A stretch of DNA of 64,000 bases from an uncultured Acidobacteriota bacterium. GTDB taxonomy: Bacteria; Acidobacteriota; Terriglobia; UBA7540. Both the position numbers and the translations under genes were made by a program. The DNA lies in NCBI GenBank assembly GCA_963804995.1, contig CAWDSK010000005.1, forward strand, positions 224,001 to 288,000, written 5' to 3'. Below, piece by piece: positions 28,804 through 38,412 of this stretch; position 1 is the stretch's first letter, and the number at the start of each line of letters is the position of its first letter. The notes beneath the pieces are model-generated. The model saw only the letters and a list, made by a program, of their open reading frames with translations. It did no database searches and was not told the DNA's origin.

Positions 28804-30297
28804 TTACAGTTTCGCCGCCTCTTCAAATTCCCGCAGCCGCTCGGCCACGCTTTTTACGTGATGCGCCAGCGGCAATTTCGAACCCTCTTCGTAGAGGGGA
28901 ATCAGCTTTTCCAGTTCCGGCCCGGAAGCTGCTCCGGTTATTGCCATGCGGATGGGGTGAAACAAATCCTTCCCCTTTTTTCCAGTTTCTTTCTGGACGG
29001 CTTTGGTGATTTCGTGGAAGCGCGCGTAGGTGAGCGTGTCCTCTGCCAACACCTTTGGAATGAACGCCTTCAGCACTTCGCGCGCACCGGGATCCCCGAG
29101 CAAAAATTCCGGCGTAGCCGCAGAACGTTTGGCATCAAATTCGAAAATAATTCGGACCGCCTCAGGAAGCTGGGAAAGATAATCCACATTCTTGAGAGTC
29201 GCATCAAGTACGCGTTCCAGCCACGCGAGAATTTCCGGACTTGGATTTTCGGCCAGGTAGCCACAGGCCTGAAGACGTGGGACAACGCGCGCTACGATGC
29301 TCTGCGGTGAATTTTCCTTCAGGTAGTGCCGATTCAACCAGTACAATTTGTCGTTGTCGAACACCGCCGGGCTCTTGGTAATGTGGTCAAGCGAGAACTG
29401 TTTGACCAGCTCTTCCGGGCTCAGGATTTCGGTCTTTCCGTCTGCTGGCGACCAGCCGAGCAGGGCCAGGTAGTTTCGCAGCGCTTCGGGCAGGATGCCC
29501 ATCTCGCGGAAGCTCTGAAGCGACGTTGCGCCGTGGCGTTTTGATAGCCGCGTGCGGTCTGTTCCCAGAATGGTGGAGAGGTGCGCAAATTCAGGTGGCT
29601 CCCAACCCAGGGCGCGATAGACGGCTAGTTGCCGCGGCGTATTCGAAATGTGGTCGTCGCCGCGGATCACGTGGGTAATTTCCATCAAGTGGTCGTCAAT
29701 CACCACCGCGTAGTTGTAAGCCGGATTGCCCTCCGAGCGGACCAGAATAGGGTCGCCGATGACCTCGCTCGAAAAAGTGGTGGCCCCGTGCACGCGGTCG
29801 TTCCAGAAGAAGCTGCTTTCCACAATCTTCAAGCGCAGGGCCGCCGGCTCACCCGCAGCTTTGCGGCGCGCGGTTTCCTCCGGAGCAAGTTTTCGGCAGC
29901 GGCCCGAATAGCGCGGTTGTCGTCCAGCCTTGAGCTCCTCCTGCCGCTCAGCCTCCAGTTGTTCCGCCGAGCAGAAGCAGTAGTAAGCGTCGCCCTGGGC
30001 CAGCAACTTCTCCGCATACAGCGCGTACGTTCCCCGCCGCTCGGATTGCCGATAGGGACCGAACGGGCCGCCCACGTCCGGCCCCTCGTCCCAGTCGAGG
30101 CCAAACCAGCGCAGGTCTTCCAGCAACTGGCGTTCGTACTCGTCTTTAGACCGCTCCACGTCCGTGTCTTCGATGCGCAGAACGAAGACGCCCCCGTTAT
30201 GCCGCGCGAATAGCCAGTTGAACAAAGCCGTGCGGGCGTTTCCCACGTGCACGTAGCCAGTCGGGCTGGGAGCAAAACGTACTCGAACCTTGGGCAT
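28804..30297 (-). CDS. gltX: Glutamate--tRNA ligase
   Basis: RFAPSPTGYVHVGN, LRIEDTD, RLSKRHG. Confidence 0.96.
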   Translation of the reverse strand: MPKVRVRFAPSPTGYVHVGNARTALFNWLFARHNGGVFVLRIEDTDVERSKDEYERQLLEDLRWFGLDWDEGPDVGGPFGPYRQSERRGTYALYAEKLLAQGDAYYCFCSAEQLEAERQEELKAGRQPRYSGRCRKLAPEETARRKAAGEPAALRLKIVESSFFWNDRVHGATTFSSEVIGDPILVRSEGNPAYNYAVVIDDHLMEITHVIRGDDHISNTPRQLAVYRALGWEPPEFAHLSTILGTDRTRLSKRHGATSLQSFREMGILPEALRNYLALLGWSPADGKTEILSPEELVKQFSLDHITKSPAVFDNDKLYWLNRHYLKENSPQSIVARVVPRLQACGYLAENPSPEILAWLERVLDATLKNVDYLSQLPEAVRIIFEFDAKRSAATPEFLLGDPGAREVLKAFIPKVLAEDTLTYARFHEITKAVQKETGKKGKDLFHPIRMAITGAASGPELEKLIPLYEEGSKLPLAHHVKSVAERLREFEEAAKL

Positions 30298-30339
30298 GAA
30301 TTTCCGGCCTTTCGGGAATCCTTAAAGATAACACACAGG

Positions 30340-30550
30340 TCGGGATTCGGGACACGGGAGACGGGAAACGGGACACGGGACACGGGGTACGGGACACGGG
30401 ATTAGGGGTTCGGGATTAGGGGCCGGATTTCCGATTAATGGTCGACGATTGGCAAGCCGTTTACGACTAGCTGTTGGCTGTTAGCTGTGAGCTGTTAGCT
30501 ATCAGCAGAAGGGGACACGGGAGTAGCTGTTGGCTGTCAGCGGTTAGCTG
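30340..30550. repeat. Two heptamer tandem repeat tracts (GGGACAC/GGGATTM and GCTGTYA)
   Basis: Direct reading of the gltX upstream region. Confidence 0.8.
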
Positions 30551-30979
30551 TCCGTGGCTCGGCTTCGCTTGTTCCTGCGGTTATCAAAGTCTTCAGGAAG
30601 TGAGATGGCGCTGGCACCAGAGGTTTTTTCCGAATACGCAACCCTGCGGGAGTGGAGCGACTTCGGGCAACCCTATGGCATTTATCGCGCGTAGTCACCG
30701 ATTACAGATTCTTCTATCCCAATGCTGCGCGGGCATAGGGCACTTCTACGTGTAGGCCGTTATAGAACCAAGTGGCACCCACTTGACGGGAAGGAGACTT
30801 CTCATTCCCAATCCGATCGCGATGCAATGGATTGCATGGAAGTCATTGATGGGATATTGACTTCGCAGCAGTCAGCCAGGCGGCAGCACATTTGCGTAGG
30901 CAAGTTACACGATCAAGCGGATCGCACTATAATCAAACGCGTCGAATCATCCGCACTTCGTCCTAGATGGAGTCTCCCC

Positions 30980-31483
30980 ATGAACAAAAAGCGCTTTCTG
31001 GGCTTTGCTGCCAAGGTCATAGCTGCACAGGTGACCACCTATTTCCTGGCAGGGGCGGTGTTTTATCCACTCCTCACCAAGCCATACTACGAGGGACCCA
31101 ATCCCATGTTTGCGGTCTTCCTGCGCACGGAAGCCGATTTGGGATTGTGGGCCCACGTGGTTAATTGGTTTCTGCCGGCTGAAATCTTGCGGGGTACCCT
31201 GATTGCCGCGGTTCTCTATCCGCTGTACGACATCCTGAAGGCGTGGTCGTTCCTGAAACGGTTCCTCTATGTTGCCAGTCTTTACTTGGTCCTGGGCTTC
31301 TGGGCGGCGACCGTCGCCGCTCCCGGAACACTGGAAGGCATGGTCTACATGCGGCCCTTTATCACGCCGGAGGTGCATCTCCGTGTGCAGCCGGAAATCA
31401 CCTTACAGGGGCTGGCCTTGGCGTTGTTCATCGCGGGAGCCATGATGGAACAACCTAATTCACTGGATCGGGTGCTGCCCTGA
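30980..31483 (+). CDS. Hypothetical membrane protein (about 4 TM helices)
   Basis: GGAG RBS, hydrophobic segments, APGTLEG motif. Confidence 0.75.
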   Translation: MNKKRFLGFAAKVIAAQVTTYFLAGAVFYPLLTKPYYEGPNPMFAVFLRTEADLGLWAHVVNWFLPAEILRGTLIAAVLYPLYDILKAWSFLKRFLYVASLYLVLGFWAATVAAPGTLEGMVYMRPFITPEVHLRVQPEITLQGLALALFIAGAMMEQPNSLDRVLP

Positions 31484-31507
31484 GCGGGTGCTCTCTTAGC
31501 CCCGCGA

Positions 31508-32266
31508 TCACGCCAGGGGAGGCGAAGGAACATTTGCCTTCACCCAACGCAGCAATGTGCTCATTCTCTCATGATGCGATCCCTCCCAGTAAACGCGCTG
31601 GCAGTTCGGGCAAACGCGAAAGACCTCCTTTTCCCTTATCTTGGGTGGCAACCGCTCCAATAGCGTTTCCCGGCTAGCTTCTTCCAGGATGGTATTGCAC
31701 TCCAGGCAGCGCGTGAACGGGCGCATGGACCCGGCGAGATCAAACCGCGTGACCACCTCGAGCAACTGCTGTTTCGGCTCGGTGGAGCGGACCCAATAGC
31801 CACGATCCACAGCGGTTCGCATCAAGAGATAACGATCCCGAGTCAGCAACACTCGTCCCTCGCGCGCCACGATGCCAGCCAAGTCAGCATCGGAGGCCTG
31901 GTTGCCATAGAGTGCATCGAACCCCGCCATGCGCAGATAGGCCGCCAGTCGCCCGACGTGCACGTCCAGCAGGAATCGCAGCGCTCGCAGGGGCGCCGGG
32001 CGGACGCGCGAGACCGACGAGATCTCCAAAGACTCGAAGACCGGATACACGCTCACCCGGTCTCCATCCCGCACCGGGTAAGAGAAGTCGACCGGCTTGC
32101 CGTTGGCGAGCACGAGGTCCACTTCGGTATGAGGCACGCCGAAACTCTCGACGAAGTCCTTCACTGAACCGCTCACACTAAAATAACGCGTGAGCTCCTT
32201 CCCCCGGTTCTCCTCAAGGAGAAGATCGTTCAGTTCGGCATAGAAGCGGAACCGCGCCGCGCTCAT
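31508..32266 (-). CDS. Ubiquitin-like plus Mut7-C RNase domain protein
   Basis: FRFYAELND..SVKD.VES.GVPHTEV; FLLDVHVGRLA.YLR..GFD; CxxC...CxxC..YWEGSH. Confidence 0.92.
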   Translation of the reverse strand: MSAARFRFYAELNDLLLEENRGKELTRYFSVSGSVKDFVESFGVPHTEVDLVLANGKPVDFSYPVRDGDRVSVYPVFESLEISSVSRVRPAPLRALRFLLDVHVGRLAAYLRMAGFDALYGNQASDADLAGIVAREGRVLLTRDRYLLMRTAVDRGYWVRSTEPKQQLLEVVTRFDLAGSMRPFTRCLECNTILEEASRETLLERLPPKIREKEVFRVCPNCQRVYWEGSHHERMSTLLRWVKANVPSPPLA

Positions 32267-32338
32267 AAGGTTACATAGTCTCCGCACCGGCACTGCCCTA
32301 CTCATATCGTAACGCGACGATAGCCTAAACCTTCGGGG

Positions 32339-32690
32339 CTAGCACGTGATGTGTAAGACCGCGTTCGTGTCATCGATGTCCTGGTTGAGCATCTCGATGG
32401 CTTGGGCAGTGGGAAGAATGAAACAGTTCGATCTTGCGCTCCTCGGCTTCGCGCTTCACGTCCTTCATCACTGGCAGACCACCATGGGCGCCTGTGCCCA
32501 CAACAAGGCGACGGCATTTCCACGGTATGTCCTCTTTGACGGAAAGGGGGGTGTGCGCGAATTCATCGCGGAATTTCTTGGACGGCTTCTTGTCGCGCTT
32601 TCGAATCTTCCCGCGATCGACTACGACGTCGTGCTCATAGACGGTGTCATCAATCTGGAGGGAACCAAAGCAAAAGTCATGAAATCGCAT
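32339..32690 (-). CDS. Mth938-like domain protein with a +1 frameshift near 32423 (probable sequence error)
   Basis: FGSLQIDD..YEHDVV; LVVGTGA.G.L; shifted frame ends ILPTAQAI...NAVLHITC*. Confidence 0.8.
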
Positions 32691-32804
32691 CGGAATCTCC
32701 TCCCGTAAATTCCACTCTCGGTATTCACCGGTCGGCCGCGCGGTGACCAAAGTGAGGTCTTCGGGTCAGCGGTCCAATCACCGGGTGCCCCGGTTGCGAT
32801 CCTG

Positions 32805-33746
32805 TTATGGGTTAAGGCACCTAAGGCCCTCACGGCGGGCCTCATCGAGCGCCTGCTCGTACTCGGCCGGCGTCACGCGCCGGCCGATCTCTGCATATTC
32901 CTGACCTGTGACTTTTCCTGCCGGATAGTACTGCGGCATCAGGTTGACGTAAGTCGTGGGCGAAAGCTCCTGGGCGATCCAGTTCATGACTTGGCGCGTG
33001 CCGGCAATATCTCGCGGCATCACCAGATGACGAATGAGCAGTCCGTGCTTCGCGAGACCGTGCTCGTCGAGCAGGAGGTCACCCACCTGCCGGTACATTT
33101 CCTTGATCACCCGCCGCGCCACCTGCGGATAGTCAGGCGCCCGTGAGTATTTACGGGCCATCTCGCTATCCCAGTACTTGAAGTCAGGCATGTAAATGTC
33201 GACGATCCCGTCGAGCAACTCCAGGCTCTCGCTCGAGTCGTAGGCGCTGGTGTTGTAAACGAGAGGCAGGCGGAGTCCCTTCTCGATCGCGACGGGCAGG
33301 GCTTCGATGATCTGCGGGACCACATGTTCCGGTGTCACCAAGTTGATGTTGTGGCAACCGTGATCCTGGAGTTCGAGCATCATGGCGGCCAGCCGTTCCG
33401 GCGGCGCGGGCGTCCCCCGCAGTTGCCAACTGATATCGAAGTTCTGGCAGAAGACACAGCGCAGGTTGCAGCCGGAGAAGAAGATCGTCCCCGAGCCTCG
33501 CCAGCCGCGGAGGCAATCCTCCTCGCCGTGGTGAGGGGAATGACTCGCTACCACGGCATAGCGTCCGGTCCGGCAAACCGCGAATTTGTTTTGGAGGCGG
33601 TCGACCCGGCAGTCCCGCGGACAGCCCGTGCAACAGCGCAGGGTTTTGACGGCGCGGTTGACACGGCTCTTCAGCTCACCGCTCTCAAATAGAGAGAGGT
33701 AGGCAGGGCTGAATCCTCGGCTCGCGGAAGTGGCGTCGACCAGCAT
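32805..33746 (-). CDS. Radical SAM protein, PflX family
   Basis: CTGCPRDC; HHGEE; GSGTIFFSGCNLRCVFCQN; HNINLVTP; DIYMPDFKY. Confidence 0.9.
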   Translation of the reverse strand: MLVDATSASRGFSPAYLSLFESGELKSRVNRAVKTLRCCTGCPRDCRVDRLQNKFAVCRTGRYAVVASHSPHHGEEDCLRGWRGSGTIFFSGCNLRCVFCQNFDISWQLRGTPAPPERLAAMMLELQDHGCHNINLVTPEHVVPQIIEALPVAIEKGLRLPLVYNTSAYDSSESLELLDGIVDIYMPDFKYWDSEMARKYSRAPDYPQVARRVIKEMYRQVGDLLLDEHGLAKHGLLIRHLVMPRDIAGTRQVMNWIAQELSPTTYVNLMPQYYPAGKVTGQEYAEIGRRVTPAEYEQALDEARREGLRCLNP

Positions 33747-33818
33747 AAGACTGGACCCCCGGCTGACTGAAAGTTTGAACAAGAAAAGACAACCTTGCCA
33801 GAAAACGGAACGGCGGTG

Positions 33819-34568
33819 CTACTTCGGCACTCTTTCACCTTCGGGCACCATGGGAACAAAGCGCACGGGCAGCAGGCTCTCGCGTTCCAGGCCTTTCGCC
33901 GTGCGGCGCAGGCGGATCAAATTCTGCACGTAGCGGCCAACCGGAACCACCATGCGGCCTCCCGGGCGGAGTTGCGCGACGAGCGCGGGCGGCACGTCGG
34001 GCGGTGCTGCCGTTACGATGATAGCGTCGAAAGGCGCCGCTTCCGGCCAGCCGCGGTAACCATCGCCGATCCGTACGCGCACGTTCGCATAGCCCATTTC
34101 CTTCAGCCGCGCCTCCGCCTCTCTGCCCAGCCGCTCGAGGATCTCCATGGAATAAACCTCGCCCGCCAGGAGCGACAGCACCGCCGCTTGGTAGCCTGAA
34201 CCCGTGCCGATCTCGAGCACGCGATCCTGGGGCTGCAATTCCAGGGCCTCCGTCATGAAGGCCACCACATAGGGCTGCGAGATGGTCTGCCCGAGGCCGA
34301 TGGGCAGAGGCGAGTCCTCGTACGCGGACGGCTGCATCTGCGGCGGCACAAACCGGTGGCGCGGAACTTTTCGAAGGGCCTCCAAGACGCGCGGGTCGCG
34401 AACCCCGCGGGCGAAAATTTGCTCTTGGACCATTCGCTCCCGTGCCTCACGAGTCTCCGGCAATTCTGCCGAGTCCGCGCGGGAACGCCACCTCCCCCGT
34501 CCCCGGACCTGCCCTCCGGCGGGGAAGAAAGGGTGTGAGGGAACAGGACAAATATCATTGAGAACCAC
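33819..34568 (-). CDS. pcm: Protein-L-isoaspartate O-methyltransferase; true start may be the ATG at 34606 with a frameshift in the leader
   Basis: VPRHRFV; GQTISQPY; VLEIGTGSGYQAA; APFDAIIVTAA; VRFVPM. Confidence 0.93.
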   Translation of the reverse strand: MVLNDICPVPSHPFFPAGGQVRGRGRWRSRADSAELPETREARERMVQEQIFARGVRDPRVLEALRKVPRHRFVPPQMQPSAYEDSPLPIGLGQTISQPYVVAFMTEALELQPQDRVLEIGTGSGYQAAVLSLLAGEVYSMEILERLGREAEARLKEMGYANVRVRIGDGYRGWPEAAPFDAIIVTAAPPDVPPALVAQLRPGGRMVVPVGRYVQNLIRLRRTAKGLERESLLPVRFVPMVPEGERVPK

Positions 34569-34719
34569 GCGAGGCTCTGGGGTGGGTTGCTGCGGCGCGG
34601 CTTCATGGCAACCTCTGCATGCATTTTAGCACCTCAACGAGAGCAAGGCGCGCCATAGGATAGCCATCTGACAAGGAACTGGGCTGCCATCTCCTGACCG
34701 CCCGCGGCAATCCAGTGCC

Positions 34720-35988
34720 TTACATTGCCCAGGGGCGTGACGTCTTGTAAGCTACAATCCGTTCGGGGAGCCAGTCCCTCAAGCGAGGGGCCAGGTAGAA
34801 CCGGGGCCAGAGCAGGTCGTCGTCCGGCCGGACCATCCCTTCGGCCAGCGCGGTGGCGGCCAGCGGAGTTTCCGGGTAAATCCGCACGCCGACCGTGACT
34901 TTCAGAGCGTCAAGATTCAGCGAGTCAGCGAACGCAAGGCTCTCCTCGACGCTCTCCCGGGTTTCGCCGGGACCTCCCAGCAGCAGGAAACCTCGGCGAA
35001 AGATGCCGGCGTCAGCAAACATCCTCGCCACCATTCGCACTTCCTCGGAATTGAACCTCTTGCTCAAGCTTGCCAGCATGGTGTCGGAGCCACTTTCGAA
35101 CCCGAGGCTGATTTCGCGACAGCCGGCCCGCGCCATCAGCTTCACTAACCCTGAATCGATCCATTTGGGGTAGATGATGCACCAGAAGTTAATCGTCAGG
35201 CCTCGTTCCACGATCTTCCGGCAAAGCTCTTTGGCATAGTCGGGCGGAAGGTTAAAGGTGTTATCGACAAAGTTGAAGTTGGTGAACCCGCACGCGGCGA
35301 GTTGCTCCAGCCATGCTGCGATGACTTCCGGAGAGTGGCTGCGGAAGGGGCGCCCTTCGATGGAGCTGGTCGAGCAATAGCTGCAATCCAAGGGACAGCC
35401 TCGGCGGCTCTGGACCGGAACCCAGAACTCGGATTTGCTGCGAACGGAAGGAATCCAGAGCCCGGACTCTGGGAGTGGGAGATCGTCCAGGTTGCTTGCG
35501 AAGGTTCTGTCAGCAGGCCGCTCGCCGGGGAGGTAGAGGCCAGGCAGTCCGGACACCAGCGCGCCCTTGGCCAGGCGTACGAGCAAGGCCGGGAAGGTTG
35601 TTTCTCCTTCACCCTGGATTCCCATGTCGGCTCCGAGGTAGCGCAAGGCGCTCTCGGGGAAAATGCTATAACCCGCCCCACCCACGATAATCGGAGCATC
35701 GCACAGGCGGCGGCAGGTCTTTACGACCTCGCGAACCGGGGGCAGGAGGAACTTCGGATCGGCCATGTTCTGGTCATCGATATTGCGCACCGAAATGCCG
35801 ATGACCTCAGGCCCGAATCCTTCGACGCCATCTTGGATGGCCGACAGCATGTCTCCCTCAAACATCAGATTCAGCAAAACCACGTCGTGGCCGGCTTTGC
35901 GGCAGGCGGCGGCCACCAGCGCCGGCCCCAACGGCAGCGGGAGGATGTTTATCCTCTCAATGTTCGCGGAGACGAGAAGAACCCTCAT
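34720..35988 (-). CDS. B12-binding-domain radical SAM protein
   Basis: PLPLG; VIGISVRNID; RGCPLDCSYC; FVDNTFN; LLLGGPGET. Confidence 0.9.
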   Translation of the reverse strand: MRVLLVSANIERINILPLPLGPALVAAACRKAGHDVVLLNLMFEGDMLSAIQDGVEGFGPEVIGISVRNIDDQNMADPKFLLPPVREVVKTCRRLCDAPIIVGGAGYSIFPESALRYLGADMGIQGEGETTFPALLVRLAKGALVSGLPGLYLPGERPADRTFASNLDDLPLPESGLWIPSVRSKSEFWVPVQSRRGCPLDCSYCSTSSIEGRPFRSHSPEVIAAWLEQLAACGFTNFNFVDNTFNLPPDYAKELCRKIVERGLTINFWCIIYPKWIDSGLVKLMARAGCREISLGFESGSDTMLASLSKRFNSEEVRMVARMFADAGIFRRGFLLLGGPGETRESVEESLAFADSLNLDALKVTVGVRIYPETPLAATALAEGMVRPDDDLLWPRFYLAPRLRDWLPERIVAYKTSRPWAM

Positions 35989-36571
35989 AATGTTGTTCGA
36001 GGGACGGCTGCCCCTCGCTCGCCACATCCGGCCGACGAGGGCAGCACCGCATCGAATCCCGTCGGGTGCTCAGATGGCGCCTTTATGCCACTTTGCCGAG
36101 TTCCTCGTGACCCTCAATGCGTTCACCCTCTCCCCCATCCGTTCCCCCCATTCCCTGATCGAGGGCCTGGAGGATAGCTTGCTCCTTGACGAGTTCCACT
36201 TTGCCCAGAATACTCAGCATCAAGTGCTCGGTATCAGTTGACCAAGCCGTCAGTGCAACTGCCCTTCGATCTATCTCGCCGACAAGCGGGCACCGGCAGG
36301 ATCTCCGCGCCGTCGCACGTCGAGGCGTCCAGCAATAGATTTTAGCTCAAGTGACTCGCCGCAGTGCGGCCAGTTGTTTCCTTCGAAGAACCCCTGAGAG
36401 GGCGCCCGGCCACGAACGGCTGATAGCGCCTGTGAAACGCCCTTCCATGACGGTGGGAAGGATCAACATCGCCCTCGTCACTAGGCCGTCGCCTAACCGG
36501 TGATGCGACCTTCATGGTACCGAAACGGGGTTAGGGATTGGGTGTTAGCTGTCGGCTGTTAGCTATCAGCG

Positions 36572-36894
36572 GGTAGCGCATCAGAGTCTCGCGCTCTCCG
36601 AGACTCTGCGGCTCGTCATTTGTTGCGCGTGACTGCCGATCACCGCTTACGACCTCCAGAGAAATCTGGTTGCCACGTCGCGTGTCATCACACTGTATTA
36701 CTATTACTTTGCATGTTTATCAAACTACGAACCGCAGAGTGTAAAAGGCACACACTCTGCGCCAGCCGCCGTGTGTTAATAATACAGTGCATATTCATCA
36801 TATTAAGAACCGCAGAGTGTGAAAGGACCACACTCTGCGCTACCCTACTCCCCTCCTGGTTCAGGAGGGGTGGCGCCCGGGGCGACGGGGTGGT
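36572..36894. repeat. REP cluster: GTAG..CTAC element with three CGCAGAGT-type hairpins plus a partial family-2 repeat
   Basis: Similarity to 20861-21029 and 11903-12031. Confidence 0.75.
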
Positions 36895-36941
36895 CGGGTA
36901 ATCGTACGGGTCGCCGCGGCTACCCCTCTCAATTTCTGGCA

Positions 36942-38099
36942 TTACTCTTGCAGATTACGGACAATGGCTTCGCGCGCGACATCGAGTGCGGAGCGGATGG
37001 CGCCGTAGGTTTGCGCCTTGTCCTCAAGCGAGCTCAGTTTAATCGGCGGCGGATTCGGCTGGAGACGATGCACCACCTTCTCCACAGTCTCCATCATGAA
37101 TTCGGGAGCGCCCTTCGTGATGCCGCCGCCCAACACGATAAGGTCAGGGTCAAGAATCCCCACCAGATTCGCGACCCCGACTCCCAGCATGATGAAGATC
37201 TTCTCCAGAACCGCGCGTGCTTCGTTGCTTCCCTGGCGGAAAGACTCAAAAACGAAGTAGGCATCGCGTTCCTGTGCCAGGCCGGCGGCTCCAGACTGAG
37301 GAGGCATTGCCAACAATTTCCGTCCTTCCATCGCGATGCCCATACCCGAGACGTAGTACTCAAACTGGCCCGTCTCCGGAAATTCCATGTCCCAGGTCTG
37401 CCAATCGATGTTCGTCCTGAACAGTTCACCGGCTGCCCCCAGCCGTCCCCGATAAAGCTTGCCGTCGATAATCAAACCGGTGCCCACACCTGTCCCCAAT
37501 GCGATGAAGACGAAGTTGTTGATGCCACGCGCCACGCCCCTCCAATGCTCGCCCAGGGCCGCCATGTTCGCGTCATTTTCCATGAAAACCGGAATATGAA
37601 ATTCCCGTTCCAACTCCCGGGCAAGGTGAATTCGCTCCCACCCCGGAAGGTTGTTTGCGAACGTGACCACTCCGTGCTCCGTATCGACGGGGCTCGGGAC
37701 GCCGATGGCCATTGCCCGCAACCGCCCAGGCCCGGCTTTTTGCGCCAGGTCGCGGACAGCGGTCTTGATCTGACCAATCATCTTGCGGGGACCATCCTCA
37801 GGCTGGATTTTCACCGTCAGGTCATCCCGGATCTCGCCGGCAAAATCCGCCCAGGCAAAGTGGAGATGACTCCCACCCATATCGATGCCCGCCACATGAC
37901 CGAAATCAGGGTTCACGCCGATGCGGGTGCGGCCGCTCGCGTAGCAGCACAGACCTCTCTTGATAAGCGGCCGAATTTTCGCGGTCACGGACGAGGGCTC
38001 GAGGCCCAGGGTGCGCGAAAGCTGGCGGAGTGATACCTCACCGGATTCCGCAATCGCACGGAAGAGCCGTTGAACGGTCGATTCTGATTTCGTGCGCAT
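36942..38099 (-). CDS. ROK family transcriptional regulator (N-terminal HTH)
   Basis: HTH N-terminus; GIDMGGS; ENDANMAALGE; GTGVGTG; GAAGE; start uncertain. Confidence 0.9.
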   Translation of the reverse strand: MRTKSESTVQRLFRAIAESGEVSLRQLSRTLGLEPSSVTAKIRPLIKRGLCCYASGRTRIGVNPDFGHVAGIDMGGSHLHFAWADFAGEIRDDLTVKIQPEDGPRKMIGQIKTAVRDLAQKAGPGRLRAMAIGVPSPVDTEHGVVTFANNLPGWERIHLARELEREFHIPVFMENDANMAALGEHWRGVARGINNFVFIALGTGVGTGLIIDGKLYRGRLGAAGELFRTNIDWQTWDMEFPETGQFEYYVSGMGIAMEGRKLLAMPPQSGAAGLAQERDAYFVFESFRQGSNEARAVLEKIFIMLGVGVANLVGILDPDLIVLGGGITKGAPEFMMETVEKVVHRLQPNPPPIKLSSLEDKAQTYGAIRSALDVAREAIVRNLQE

Positions 38100-38412
38100 G
38101 AGATTTCCAGTAGTGGTACGGCTATCCGTGGCGGCCATCCCTGATCGCCGCCGGGGAATTCGACGGTCAGAGACCAATGCTCTCCAAACTGGACAACTAC
38201 TTAATTTCCCGACGCGGCAGTTTGCGGCAGCATCTCCCGATGACAGGCTATGCATTTCGGGCCTGCGGGTCAATAGATGAGTTGGTAGTGTCCTGATTTG
38301 ACGTAGCGCCGGGCTAATGGTTTTTGAATTTATAAGTTGCAAATTGTTTCGACGCCCTGCGGGTGTAAGTAACCCCTCATCCGGCCTCCTACGTCAGCCA
38401 CCTTCTCCCCTG

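Noticed and set aside
36100..36240. Minus-strand peptide TEHLMLSIL resembling a Clp N-terminal repeat
   Set aside because: Too short and without gene context to support a call.
38100..38342. Long N-terminal extension of the ROK ORF
   Set aside because: Runs through a degenerate REP and a type A repeat end; a start near 38099 is more plausible.
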